Source: Candidatus Eiseniibacteriota bacterium
GTDB taxonomy: Bacteria; Eisenbacteria; RBG-16-71-46; CAIMUX01; VGJL01
Assembly: GCA_041946735.1 (NCBI GenBank)
Contig: JBHGAY010000010.1
Span: 32,001 to 96,000 of the forward strand
Reading direction: 5' to 3'
Length of the DNA stretch: 64,000 bases
Shown one piece after another: positions 26,842-35,564 of the stretch (the stretch's first letter is position 1; each line of letters begins with the position of its first letter). The position numbers and the translations under genes were made by a program. A model generated the notes under the pieces. It was not told the origin of the DNA. It did not search any database and was given only the letters and a program-made list of their open reading frames with translations.

Positions 26842-28803
26842 TCAGCCTGCGCTCGGCGCTCCGGCGGCTTCCGCCTCCGCTTCGCCGGCGAGATGGCTCC
26901 GCTTCTGCTCGATCAGGAGGAACTGGCGGTAGACGTCGCAGCGCCGGGCGAGTTCGTCGTGCGTCCCCTCGTCGACGATCCGGCCGTGGTCGAGCACGAG
27001 GATCCGGTCCGCTCGTCGGATCGTCGCGAGCCGGTGCGAGACGAGGAAGACCGTGACGCCGTGGAACGTTTCGGCGAGGGCGTTCCAGAAGAGGTCCTCG
27101 TGCCGGGCGTCGAGCGACGCCGTGCAGTCGTCCATCAAGAGCAGGTCGGGACGGCCGGCAAGGGCACGGGCGATCGCGATCCGCTGCTTCTGTCCGCCGG
27201 AGACGAGGGCGCCTCGCTGTCCGAGCTGCGTCGCGATCCCGTCCTTCATTCGCTCGAGATCGGGGCCCATCTGCGCCACCTCCAGGCACCGGCGCACCCA
27301 TTCGGGATCCGCGTCGCGACCAAAGGAGACGTTTTCCTGGACGGTCTCGGAGAAGAGGAGGGATTCCTGGGGGACGTAGCCGAGCCGGCCGCGCAGCGCT
27401 CCCCACTCGATCGCGCGGAATGGGCGTCCATCGATCGTGTACTCCCCTTCCTGCGCGGGGAGGAGCCCCGCGAGTAGTCGGAGCAGCGTCGACTTGCCGC
27501 TCGCGACCGGGCCGACGATCGCGATCCGCTCGCCGCGCGAGGCGGCGAAGCACACGCCGTCGAGCGCCGGCGGAAGGTCCGGGCGGTAACGGAAGCCGAC
27601 CGAGGCGAGCTCGATCCGCGCAATGCCCGCTCCGTCGCCGGAGACGTCGCGGGCGGCGATCCCGGCTTCCTCCGGAGCGCCCGGGGCGGCGCTGCGCCGC
27701 GCGCGAGCCGGAAGCGGCTCCGTCCCGTCACGTAGGGTCGAAACCGGGTGGCGAAGCACCTCGACCTCGCGATCGATCGAAACGAACGCCTGCTTCGCCG
27801 TCACGAAGAGGTTCGGCAGGTCCATCATCGGGTAGATCAGCATGTCGAGGTAGACGTAGAACGCGTAGAGCGTCCCGAGCGAGAGCCGGCCGTCGAGCAC
27901 GGCGAGGCCTCCTACCGACAACACGATGACCTGGCCGATCCGGCTCGCGATGTTGTCCATCTCGTGCACGAGCACGACGAGCTTCGCGAGGCGCAGCTGC
28001 AGTCCGATCCGCCGCTGGAGAATCCGCTCGAGGCGGTGGACCTGTCCGGCCTCGCCGTTGAACGCCTTGACGATCCGCACGCCGGACAGCGCCGCTTCGA
28101 TCGTGTCGTTCGTTTGCGAAACCGCCTCCTGCTGCTTGCGATAGGTGTTGCCCAGCTCCTTGCGCGCCACGTAGAAGACCCAGAGCATCAGTGGCACCGG
28201 GATCATGGCAAGGAGCGCCAGCCGCCAGTCGAGCAGCAGCATCGCCGCCACGCAGAAGAGGAACTTCGAGAGCGAATCGACGAAACGGAAAACGCCCGAG
28301 CAGCCGAACCAGGCGATGCGCGGGTACTCCGCGATGTCGTCGGTCAGCCGCGTCACGAGGTCGCCCGTGCGGAAGCGGGAGAAGAAGGTGAAGTCCTTCT
28401 CCAGGATCGATCCGAAGACGCGCTCGCGAACCCCCTTCTCGAGCTTGAGGTTCATCCAGGCTCGGAAGCCGGGGTAGAAGCCGGCGATCGTCCGTCCGAT
28501 CGCGATCAGCCCCAGGATCCCTAGGAGTCGGTAGAGGGTCGCGTTCTCCGGGCGCGAGGTCGAGAGCGACGCGTAGACTCCGTCGATCACCTTGCGAAAG
28601 ACGAGCGGGTAAGCGATCGCGACGGCGCTCGAGACGAGCGTGAAGAAGAAGAGGAAGACGAGGAAGCGCAGATGCGGCTTCCAGAATGCGTGCAGCCAGG
28701 CGATGCGCTGCCGTGTCGTGAGGAGAGGCGTCTTCTCCTTCTCCGGCCCGTCCGTCCGGTCGTCCCGCTCCGCGGGGCCGGGGTGCGCGTGCGAGGCGCT
28801 CAT
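26842..28803 (-). CDS. ABC exporter permease/ATPase half (heterodimer subunit)
   Basis: TMD with RTGDLVTRLTDD; GPVASGKST, VSGGQKQR, degenerate Walker B LMDDCT. Confidence 0.9.
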   Translation of the reverse strand: MSASHAHPGPAERDDRTDGPEKEKTPLLTTRQRIAWLHAFWKPHLRFLVFLFFFTLVSSAVAIAYPLVFRKVIDGVYASLSTSRPENATLYRLLGILGLIAIGRTIAGFYPGFRAWMNLKLEKGVRERVFGSILEKDFTFFSRFRTGDLVTRLTDDIAEYPRIAWFGCSGVFRFVDSLSKFLFCVAAMLLLDWRLALLAMIPVPLMLWVFYVARKELGNTYRKQQEAVSQTNDTIEAALSGVRIVKAFNGEAGQVHRLERILQRRIGLQLRLAKLVVLVHEMDNIASRIGQVIVLSVGGLAVLDGRLSLGTLYAFYVYLDMLIYPMMDLPNLFVTAKQAFVSIDREVEVLRHPVSTLRDGTEPLPARARRSAAPGAPEEAGIAARDVSGDGAGIARIELASVGFRYRPDLPPALDGVCFAASRGERIAIVGPVASGKSTLLRLLAGLLPAQEGEYTIDGRPFRAIEWGALRGRLGYVPQESLLFSETVQENVSFGRDADPEWVRRCLEVAQMGPDLERMKDGIATQLGQRGALVSGGQKQRIAIARALAGRPDLLLMDDCTASLDARHEDLFWNALAETFHGVTVFLVSHRLATIRRADRILVLDHGRIVDEGTHDELARRCDVYRQFLLIEQKRSHLAGEAEAEAAGAPSAG

Positions 28804-30734
28804 GAGGCGATCGCTCCGCTTCGGAACTGCAGGTCGAAGAGGTCGCGGTAGATCCCGTCCTTCGCGTACAGCTCTTCGTGGCTTCCTTCCTCGACGAGGC
28901 GGCCGCCGTGGAGGACGAGGATCCGGTCGGCGCTGACGATCGTCGCTAGCCGGTGAGCGATGATGAGCGAAGTCCGCCCGGCCAGGAGCCGGTCGAGAGA
29001 CCGCTGCAGCCGCCGCTCGGTGGCCGGATCGACCGACGAAGTCGCCTCGTCGAGCACGAGCAGATCGGGATCGGAAACGATCGCCCGGGCGAAGGAGAGA
29101 AGTTGGCGCTCTCCCATGGAGAGGTTCGCTCCCCCCTCGGCGAGTGGCTCGTCGAGGCCCTTCGGCAGCCGCGCGATCAGCTCTTCGGCCCCCACGATCC
29201 GTATGGCCTTCGCGATGCGATCACCATTTCCATCGCCATCGCCCTCGCCATCTCCCTCGCCCTCGCCAACCATCGCGCCGCCGCTTCCGTCCCCACCCGC
29301 CGTGGCCGGCGGGCCGCCGTTTCCGTCCTCGTCGTCCGGGCACTGCGCGCCCCCGCCGGCCCGAACGGGCTCGTTCATCGCCCGGAGGTTTTCCGCCACG
29401 GTGCCCGGGAAGAGGTGGATGTCCTGCAGAACGAGACCGAGCTTCGAGCGCCAGGCCTTCTGGGTGTAGTCGCGGATGTCGACGCCGTCGAGCGTGATCG
29501 TCCCTTCGGTCGGTTCGTAAAAGCGGAGCAGGAGGTTCGTGATCGTCGTCTTGCCTCCGCCCGACCATCCCACCACGGCGACCTTCTCGCCGCGCCGGAT
29601 CCGGAACGAGATGGAATCGAGCGCCCGTGTCCCGCTGTCGTAGGCGAAGGAGACATTCTCGAACGCGACCTCGCGCCAGTCCTCCGGGATCGCCTGTCGG
29701 GCGCCGGGCCGGTCAGGTGTCCGCGAGGGCGTGTCGAGGACGCCGAAGACGCGGTCGGCGCTCGCGAACGCTTTCTGCAGGAAGTTGATCTGCTCGGAGA
29801 ACATCGCAAGCGGCCAGAAGACGCGCCGCGTGTACTCGATGAACAGCACCAGCGTTCCGACCGAGATCACGAAGCCGAAGATCTTGCCGGAGCCGATGAA
29901 GAGGATCACGATGACGGCGCAGACCTCGATGGCGGTGAGCAGACCGAAGAAGCCGTACTCGTAGAGCGCCGCGTTGCGCTCGGCGACGAGCTTGTCATCG
30001 TTCAGGCGCGCGAGCCGCTCCGCCGCCCGGCGCTCGTAGCCGTACATCTGCAGGATCGGCACCCCTTGCACGTACTCCGCCACGAAGGTGGAAATCCGTG
30101 CGTACAGCCCGCGCACGCGCCGGTAGAGCCCGCGCATCCAGCGGAAGAAGAAGATTGTGCCGGCGACGATCGGCGCCGCGAGGGCGAGGATCGTGACGGT
30201 GATCCGCCAATCGGTCGCGAGCATCACGGCGATCGTGCCGAGCACGAGGATCGACGTGCGGAGGATCGCGATGCCTACCTCGGAGAAAAGCGCCTGCAGC
30301 CGTTCGGAGTCGGATTCGACACGGGCGAGCAGCTTTCCCGGCGGATTCTTGTCGAAGTAGGCGAGCGAGAGACCGAGCAGGTGCCGGAAGACGCGGCGCT
30401 TCAGCTCGGTCACGACGGCAAGCCCCATCCTCGTGAGGACGACCACCTGGAAGTACCCGGCGATCGTCCCCACGAGGAAGAGACCGAGGTAGAGCGCGGC
30501 GCTGTGCATGATCCCGCTCGCGGAGTGCGCGCTGATGTCGCGGTCGATCAGCCGGCGCAGGACGATCGGCCCCAGCAGGTCGGAAGCGACGGCGACCAGC
30601 ATGAGGGCGAGGCCCAGGGCGAAAAGGCCCCGATGCGGGCGCATCAGGGGGGCTGCTCGGCGGCCTACCTCGCGGAGCGGGAGATGACGGACGTACGCTT
30701 CGTCCTCGGGACGTTCCTCGTCATCCCACCACAT
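28800..30734 (-). CDS. ABC exporter permease/ATPase half (heterodimer subunit)
   Basis: TMD; GWSGGGKTT, LSMGERQL, LVLDEATSSVD, IAHRL. ATGA-coupled to its partner. Confidence 0.9.
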   Translation of the reverse strand: MWWDDEERPEDEAYVRHLPLREVGRRAAPLMRPHRGLFALGLALMLVAVASDLLGPIVLRRLIDRDISAHSASGIMHSAALYLGLFLVGTIAGYFQVVVLTRMGLAVVTELKRRVFRHLLGLSLAYFDKNPPGKLLARVESDSERLQALFSEVGIAILRTSILVLGTIAVMLATDWRITVTILALAAPIVAGTIFFFRWMRGLYRRVRGLYARISTFVAEYVQGVPILQMYGYERRAAERLARLNDDKLVAERNAALYEYGFFGLLTAIEVCAVIVILFIGSGKIFGFVISVGTLVLFIEYTRRVFWPLAMFSEQINFLQKAFASADRVFGVLDTPSRTPDRPGARQAIPEDWREVAFENVSFAYDSGTRALDSISFRIRRGEKVAVVGWSGGGKTTITNLLLRFYEPTEGTITLDGVDIRDYTQKAWRSKLGLVLQDIHLFPGTVAENLRAMNEPVRAGGGAQCPDDEDGNGGPPATAGGDGSGGAMVGEGEGDGEGDGDGNGDRIAKAIRIVGAEELIARLPKGLDEPLAEGGANLSMGERQLLSFARAIVSDPDLLVLDEATSSVDPATERRLQRSLDRLLAGRTSLIIAHRLATIVSADRILVLHGGRLVEEGSHEELYAKDGIYRDLFDLQFRSGAIAS

Positions 30735-30873
30735 GGAGCGTACAAGCTACGCCCCGCCGTTCGAGTTGACAACCGTTTCCTTCTCCTCGTCGCGTCTGTT
30801 GCCGCTCGCGAGGGCCGGCCGTAGACTCGCCCGGATCCCGTTCGGGGACGAGCGGGGAAGGGGAGGAGCGCCG

Positions 30874-32544
30874 ATGTTCGCCGACGCCTCGTCGCATCGA
30901 TCCGCGTCCCTGACGCGTCGCGGCCGACTCGCCGGGCCGCGTTCGGGCCCATCCCGAGCCCCTGCCGCTGCGGTGGTCGCGGCGTTCGCCTGCCTGCTCG
31001 TCGGCGGCTGCGTGGCGAGCGGGCCGCGAGTCTCCGTGCCCGCCGGCGCGGCCGTCCCCGCCCCGGGCTTGCCGCCCGCCCGCGCGCAGCGGGGCCTGAC
31101 GATCCTGCACACGAACGACACGCACGGCAGGCTCCTTCCGTTCGACTACCCCGCGCCGGCCGACACCGGATCGGTGCTCGCGAAGCTGCCCGCCATCCGA
31201 GACGTCGGAGGGATCGCGCGGCGGGCGACCCTCGCGCGGTCGATCCGCGAGCAGGCGGGCGCGCGCGGGCAGCGCGTCTGGCTCGTCGACGCCGGGGATT
31301 TCTGCGACGGGACGCCGTTTTCGACGGAGTACCACGGCGAAGCGGACATGGCGGCGATGAACGCCGCCGGCTACGACTACGGCATCCTCGGGAACCACGA
31401 GTTCAACGGGACGATCGCGCATCTGGAGAAGCTCGTCTCGCTCTCCGATCACCCGATCCTGTGCGGGAACGCCTGGATCGACGCGACGGCGCGGCCGGTC
31501 GCCGTCCCGATGCTGATTCGAGAGATTGGGCCGGTGAAGGTCGGACTGATCGGCCTCGTGACGCACGAGGCGGCGTCCTACCCCGCCGCCCGCGAGGGGA
31601 TCACCGTGGAGGACGAGGTCGCGCATGCGCGCCGGCTCGTGGCGGAGCTGAGGCCGCTGGTCGACGTCGTCGTCCTCTTCACCCACGTCGGCGAGGAGGT
31701 GGACGAGCGGATCGCGCGCGAGGTCCCCGGCGTCGACGTGATCGTTGGCGGGCATTCGCATACCCGGCTGCCGCAGGGCGTGCTCGTCGCATCGTCACGG
31801 CAGGAGCGCGGGCCGTCCTCCTCTTGCGATCCGGGCGGGACGATCGTCGCCCAGGCCTTCCAATGGGGTGGAGAGCTCGGCCGCCTCGATCTCGCCTTCT
31901 GCGACCGGCCGCGCCCGGGCATCGACCGTTATGAGGCGAAGCTGCTGCCCGTCACGAGCGCGCTCCCGGAGGATCCGGCGGTGCGGGAGATCGTCGAGCG
32001 CTACTGGAAGCCGATCGAGCGAAAGTTCGACGAGCCGATCGCGGTCGCGACCGCCGACTTCACGCAGCGCGGCCCGGACCTCGCCCCCTACAACCTCGTC
32101 GCCGATGCGGAGCGGGAGACCTTCGGGACCGACGTCGCGCTCGAGAACCTCGGAGGCGTTCGCGCCCCGCTGACCGAGGGAACGATCACCTATGGCGATC
32201 TCACGATGGTCGATCCGTTCGACAACAGGATGGTGCTGTTCGAGGCGAGCGGCGCCCAGCTGCGGGAGATCCTGCTGCGGGCGGAGCCTGCCGTCTCGGG
32301 GCTCCGCTACAGGATTGACCACGGAAAGCTCCTGGAGGCGACGGTGGGCGGAGAGCCGCTCGACGACGCGCGCCGCTACACCGTCGTCACCCACGACTAC
32401 TTCGCTTCGACCTTCCTGGCCGGCATGCCGCTCGAGATCCGGCCGACGGAGCGCCGCCGCCTGCAAGTGATCGCCGATTACCTGCGCCAGAAGCAGACGG
32501 TCAGCCCGGTCTACGACGGCCGGAGGATCGTGACGAGGGACTGA
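30874..32544 (+). CDS. Bifunctional metallophosphoesterase/5'-nucleotidase, probable lipoprotein
   Basis: HTNDTHG, DAGD, GNHEF, GGHSH, C-terminal NLGGVR...PFDN. Lipobox-like LVGGC. Confidence 0.92.
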   Translation: MFADASSHRSASLTRRGRLAGPRSGPSRAPAAAVVAAFACLLVGGCVASGPRVSVPAGAAVPAPGLPPARAQRGLTILHTNDTHGRLLPFDYPAPADTGSVLAKLPAIRDVGGIARRATLARSIREQAGARGQRVWLVDAGDFCDGTPFSTEYHGEADMAAMNAAGYDYGILGNHEFNGTIAHLEKLVSLSDHPILCGNAWIDATARPVAVPMLIREIGPVKVGLIGLVTHEAASYPAAREGITVEDEVAHARRLVAELRPLVDVVVLFTHVGEEVDERIAREVPGVDVIVGGHSHTRLPQGVLVASSRQERGPSSSCDPGGTIVAQAFQWGGELGRLDLAFCDRPRPGIDRYEAKLLPVTSALPEDPAVREIVERYWKPIERKFDEPIAVATADFTQRGPDLAPYNLVADAERETFGTDVALENLGGVRAPLTEGTITYGDLTMVDPFDNRMVLFEASGAQLREILLRAEPAVSGLRYRIDHGKLLEATVGGEPLDDARRYTVVTHDYFASTFLAGMPLEIRPTERRRLQVIADYLRQKQTVSPVYDGRRIVTRD

Positions 32545-32559
32545 GGAGGCTCCCGCGCC

Positions 32560-33270
32560 TCAACGCTCGCCGTCGCCCGTGCCCTTCTTTGGCTTCGAGG
32601 GGCTCGACGTCCTCGCGATCTCCCTCATGCGCGCTCGAAAGGCGGCTGGATTCTCGAACGGGGGAGTGCCGGCGGCGCGCGCGGCGGCAGCGCAAGCGGC
32701 CGCGGGCTCGGGGAGGCCCTGGTCGCCGAACTCCCCGATCGTCTCGTAGGCGAGGTGCGCCTGCAGGGCGAGGACCGAGTAGTTCGTCCCATCGAGGAAT
32801 ACGTAGGCCAGCGTGCGCCCGTAGCGGTCGAGGATCGATGCGCGAAGGATCTCGGCCCGTTGGGTGGTGGCCAGCGCGCCGAGCGCGAACCAGGTCGCTT
32901 CGCGTGCGTAGGGCTGGTCGTAGAGGATCTCCGGCGACTCGCCTTCGATCTCCGGGCAGTCGATTCCGAGCAGGCGGATCCTCTCCCGATCCCCATTCCC
33001 CCAGTCGATCGAGAAGGTGTCGCCGTCGTGCACCTCGATCCCCTCGATCGGCACCTCGATCCGCTGGCCGGCGAGGCGCTGCGGCGGGCGGCGCTTCGAT
33101 GGGCGCGCCGCGTCGGCCGCGGCGGGGAAGATGAGGGTGACGGCAAGGACGGCGGCAAGCGCTATCGGTAGCGCCGCGGCGAGCGCCGCGGCAACCGTAC
33201 CGGCGAGCGCCCTGGCGAGCCCGCCTCGGGGCGCGAGGCCTTCCTCTTCGGACCGGGACGGCTTCCTCAA
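32560..33270 (-). CDS. Thermonuclease (SNase) family protein, exported
   Basis: HDGDTF, RIRLLGIDCPE, DRYGRTLAYV, N-terminal hydrophobic segment. Confidence 0.88.
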   Translation of the reverse strand: MRKPSRSEEEGLAPRGGLARALAGTVAAALAAALPIALAAVLAVTLIFPAAADAARPSKRRPPQRLAGQRIEVPIEGIEVHDGDTFSIDWGNGDRERIRLLGIDCPEIEGESPEILYDQPYAREATWFALGALATTQRAEILRASILDRYGRTLAYVFLDGTNYSVLALQAHLAYETIGEFGDQGLPEPAAACAAAARAAGTPPFENPAAFRARMREIARTSSPSKPKKGTGDGER

Positions 33271-33719
33271 TCCGGAGATCCCCCGTCGCCTTCGAGCGCC
33301 TCGAGGAAGAGTTCGCGCTCGGCGCGCTCGTGCCGCTCCAGGAGCGAGAAGAAGTCAGCGGCCGCCGCTCGCATCGGCAGGTCCCTCTCCGCGTCGTTGG
33401 TGTCTCCGGCGAGCGCGCTCAGCTGCCGCGCGAACCTCAAGATCTCCTGATGCTCGAGCAGCAGACGGTCGAGGCGTAGCGTCGCGTTGGGAACGCGAGA
33501 GGCGATCTCCTCGTGCAGCCGCTCCGCCTCCTCGAAGCCGAAGTGCTCCTCGAGTAGCGGCACGAGTCCCGAGATCTCCTCGCGCACCTCGGCGATCCAG
33601 GGAGCGAAGTCGTCGACGACGTCCCGCGCAAGCAGGCCCTCGAGCCGGGTCTGCAAGGCGAGCAGGCGATGATGGTCTCGAAGGGCGGCTTCGATCGAGC
33701 GTCCGGGTCGTTCGGCCAT
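33267..33719 (-). CDS. Hemerythrin-like domain protein
   Basis: DHHRL, EHFGFEE, EHQEI, RHERAE: hemerythrin H/HxxxE pattern. GGGAGG SD. Confidence 0.75.
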   Translation of the reverse strand: MAERPGRSIEAALRDHHRLLALQTRLEGLLARDVVDDFAPWIAEVREEISGLVPLLEEHFGFEEAERLHEEIASRVPNATLRLDRLLLEHQEILRFARQLSALAGDTNDAERDLPMRAAAADFFSLLERHERAERELFLEALEGDGGSPD

Positions 33720-33827
33720 GGCGTCCTCCCCGGCCGGGCCCGCGCGGCCCGACCCGATCCGGATGGAACCACAACCGGGACGAACGGGGAAACGGGGGAG
33801 TTCGCTCATCCGCGCATCAGCCGCGCT

Positions 33828-34715
33828 TCAGCCGCGCCGCAACGCCGCTCCCTCCTCTTCTTCCTGGCTGGTCATCCAGCCCATCTCTTCCACGGCGCGC
33901 CCCGGGATGTCGAGGATCGCCTCGCCGCGACGCACCGCCCTCACATGGCCGAGAGGGACGTAGAGATCGACGCGGAAACGGCGGTCGAGCAGGAAGTCGT
34001 CGTCCCGGATCCGCTTGACCCTGCCGATCGAGCCGCCGTCGTAGCCGCGCACCTCCATCCCTTCCCGCAGGGGCGGGACGGAGGAGACGAAGCCCGCGCG
34101 GCGGTACGGGCGCTCGATCATGGAGCGGCGGATGGACATCTCGTTGTGCACGTCCCACACGCCCGAGATCGACTCCGCGAGGTCCTCGGCCAGCCGTTTC
34201 TGGTAGCGGTCTTCGACCTGGCCGCGCAGCCGGACCTCCCCGTCATGCACAGCGACTTCGATGTCGCTCGCGTTCAGGTCGGCGTTCTCCGTGAGACGGT
34301 CGATGACGTCCTCCCGAACGCTTTCGTCGGAACGCCGGTAGCCAAGTGGCCCGTAACCCAGCCAGGGCCCGACGCCCGAGCCCCACATCCATCCGTAGCC
34401 GTAGCTCGCTCCGAAACCGGCGTACGGTCCGAAGCCCACCCCGTACCCTGTGGGATACCCGATCATCCCGTAGCCGGGCCCCTCGCGCCCGACCCCAGGC
34501 TCTCCGTAGCCCGCCTCCTCCACGGCGCGGCCCCATTCGTGGCCTCGTTCGCGGCGCCAACGTTCCGCCTCCTCCTCGCGTGAGCGGGGATGGACTTCGT
34601 CCCAGCGCCGGTCCCCGCGAGGGGACGCAGGCCGTGCATGCGATCCTCCGTCTCGCTCCTTCCGCCGCTCGCGCCGCCGGCGCTCCTCGCCTTCACGGTC
34701 TTCATCGCGAACCAT
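33828..34715 (-). CDS. BON domain protein with C-terminal DUF2171-like domain
   Basis: AAGGAGGT SD; GPLGYRRSDESVREDV...DIEVAVHDGEVRLRGQV...GVWDVHNEM; then LREGMEVRGYDGGSIGRVK...YVPL. Confidence 0.82.
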   Translation of the reverse strand: MVRDEDREGEERRRRERRKERDGGSHARPASPRGDRRWDEVHPRSREEEAERWRRERGHEWGRAVEEAGYGEPGVGREGPGYGMIGYPTGYGVGFGPYAGFGASYGYGWMWGSGVGPWLGYGPLGYRRSDESVREDVIDRLTENADLNASDIEVAVHDGEVRLRGQVEDRYQKRLAEDLAESISGVWDVHNEMSIRRSMIERPYRRAGFVSSVPPLREGMEVRGYDGGSIGRVKRIRDDDFLLDRRFRVDLYVPLGHVRAVRRGEAILDIPGRAVEEMGWMTSQEEEEGAALRRG

Positions 34716-34824
34716 CCGGCACCTCCTTGGCAGCGGCCGGGCGCAGCCCGCCCTTTCTTCGACCGTACCATCGCGCCTTGGCGATTCGCCGGCCGGCCTG
34801 CGCCGCCGGTTCGACCCCCGGGCC

Positions 34825-34872
34825 GCAACCCGTCCGGCAACCGGTTCGGCAACCGGTTCGGCAACCGGTCCG
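34825..34872. repeat. 12-bp tandem repeat x4, GCAACC(G/C)GT(T/C)CG, in a divergent intergenic region
   Basis: Read directly. The two central units contain the palindrome AACCGGTT. Confidence 0.9.
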
Positions 34873-35058
34873 CAGCCACCAGGCCGCAAGCTCCGGTCCG
34901 CCCCGTGCCGTCCCGGATCGAATCCGCTAGAATCGCCGGTCGGCCCAGTCGCCTCGCCGGGAGCCTCCGCGGGCGTGCATGCTACCTTGAGAAAAATGGG
35001 CCGCCCAGGGCGAAGCCCGTCCGAACCCGCTCGACCCATACGGCAGGAGGAGGATTCG

Positions 35059-35562
35059 ATGAAGCGGATCAAGGGTGAGACCATCGCGAGCGTCTTCGCC
35101 TCGATGATCCAGGAACGGCGTCTGCTGATCTCCGCCCTCGATGCTTTTCGTGACGAGGATCTGGATTTCCGCCCGGTCACGCCGAAGCCCGCCCACCTTC
35201 TGAGCGTTCGGGAGATCTTCCTGCACCTGATCGACGCGGATCGTCGTCTCGTGGAGAACGCGATCGAGGGGCGCGACCTCCATCTCCGCTACTCGGTCTG
35301 CGACGAGTCCGCTTCGGTTCTCATGAACCTCACGCGCGAGATCGTCGACCGCGAGGGGATCCGGAAGGCCTTGAAAGCGAGCTGGCGCGGCGTGGAGAGG
35401 ATCCTGTCGCGTCCCGCCTCGGCGCTTCTCCAGAAGCCGGCGCCCGATCATCCGACTTCGCTTCTCACGCTCCTCGGCTTTGCGCAGACGCACGCGGCCC
35501 ATCACCGCGGGCAGTTGCTCACCTACCTTGCGCTGCTCGGGCGGCCGCTCGGCGAGGAGTAG
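35059..35562 (+). CDS. DinB family protein
   Basis: AGGAGGAGG SD; SVREIFLHL...HAAHHRGQLLTYL His triad. Confidence 0.85.
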   Translation: MKRIKGETIASVFASMIQERRLLISALDAFRDEDLDFRPVTPKPAHLLSVREIFLHLIDADRRLVENAIEGRDLHLRYSVCDESASVLMNLTREIVDREGIRKALKASWRGVERILSRPASALLQKPAPDHPTSLLTLLGFAQTHAAHHRGQLLTYLALLGRPLGEE

Positions 35563-35564
35563 CG

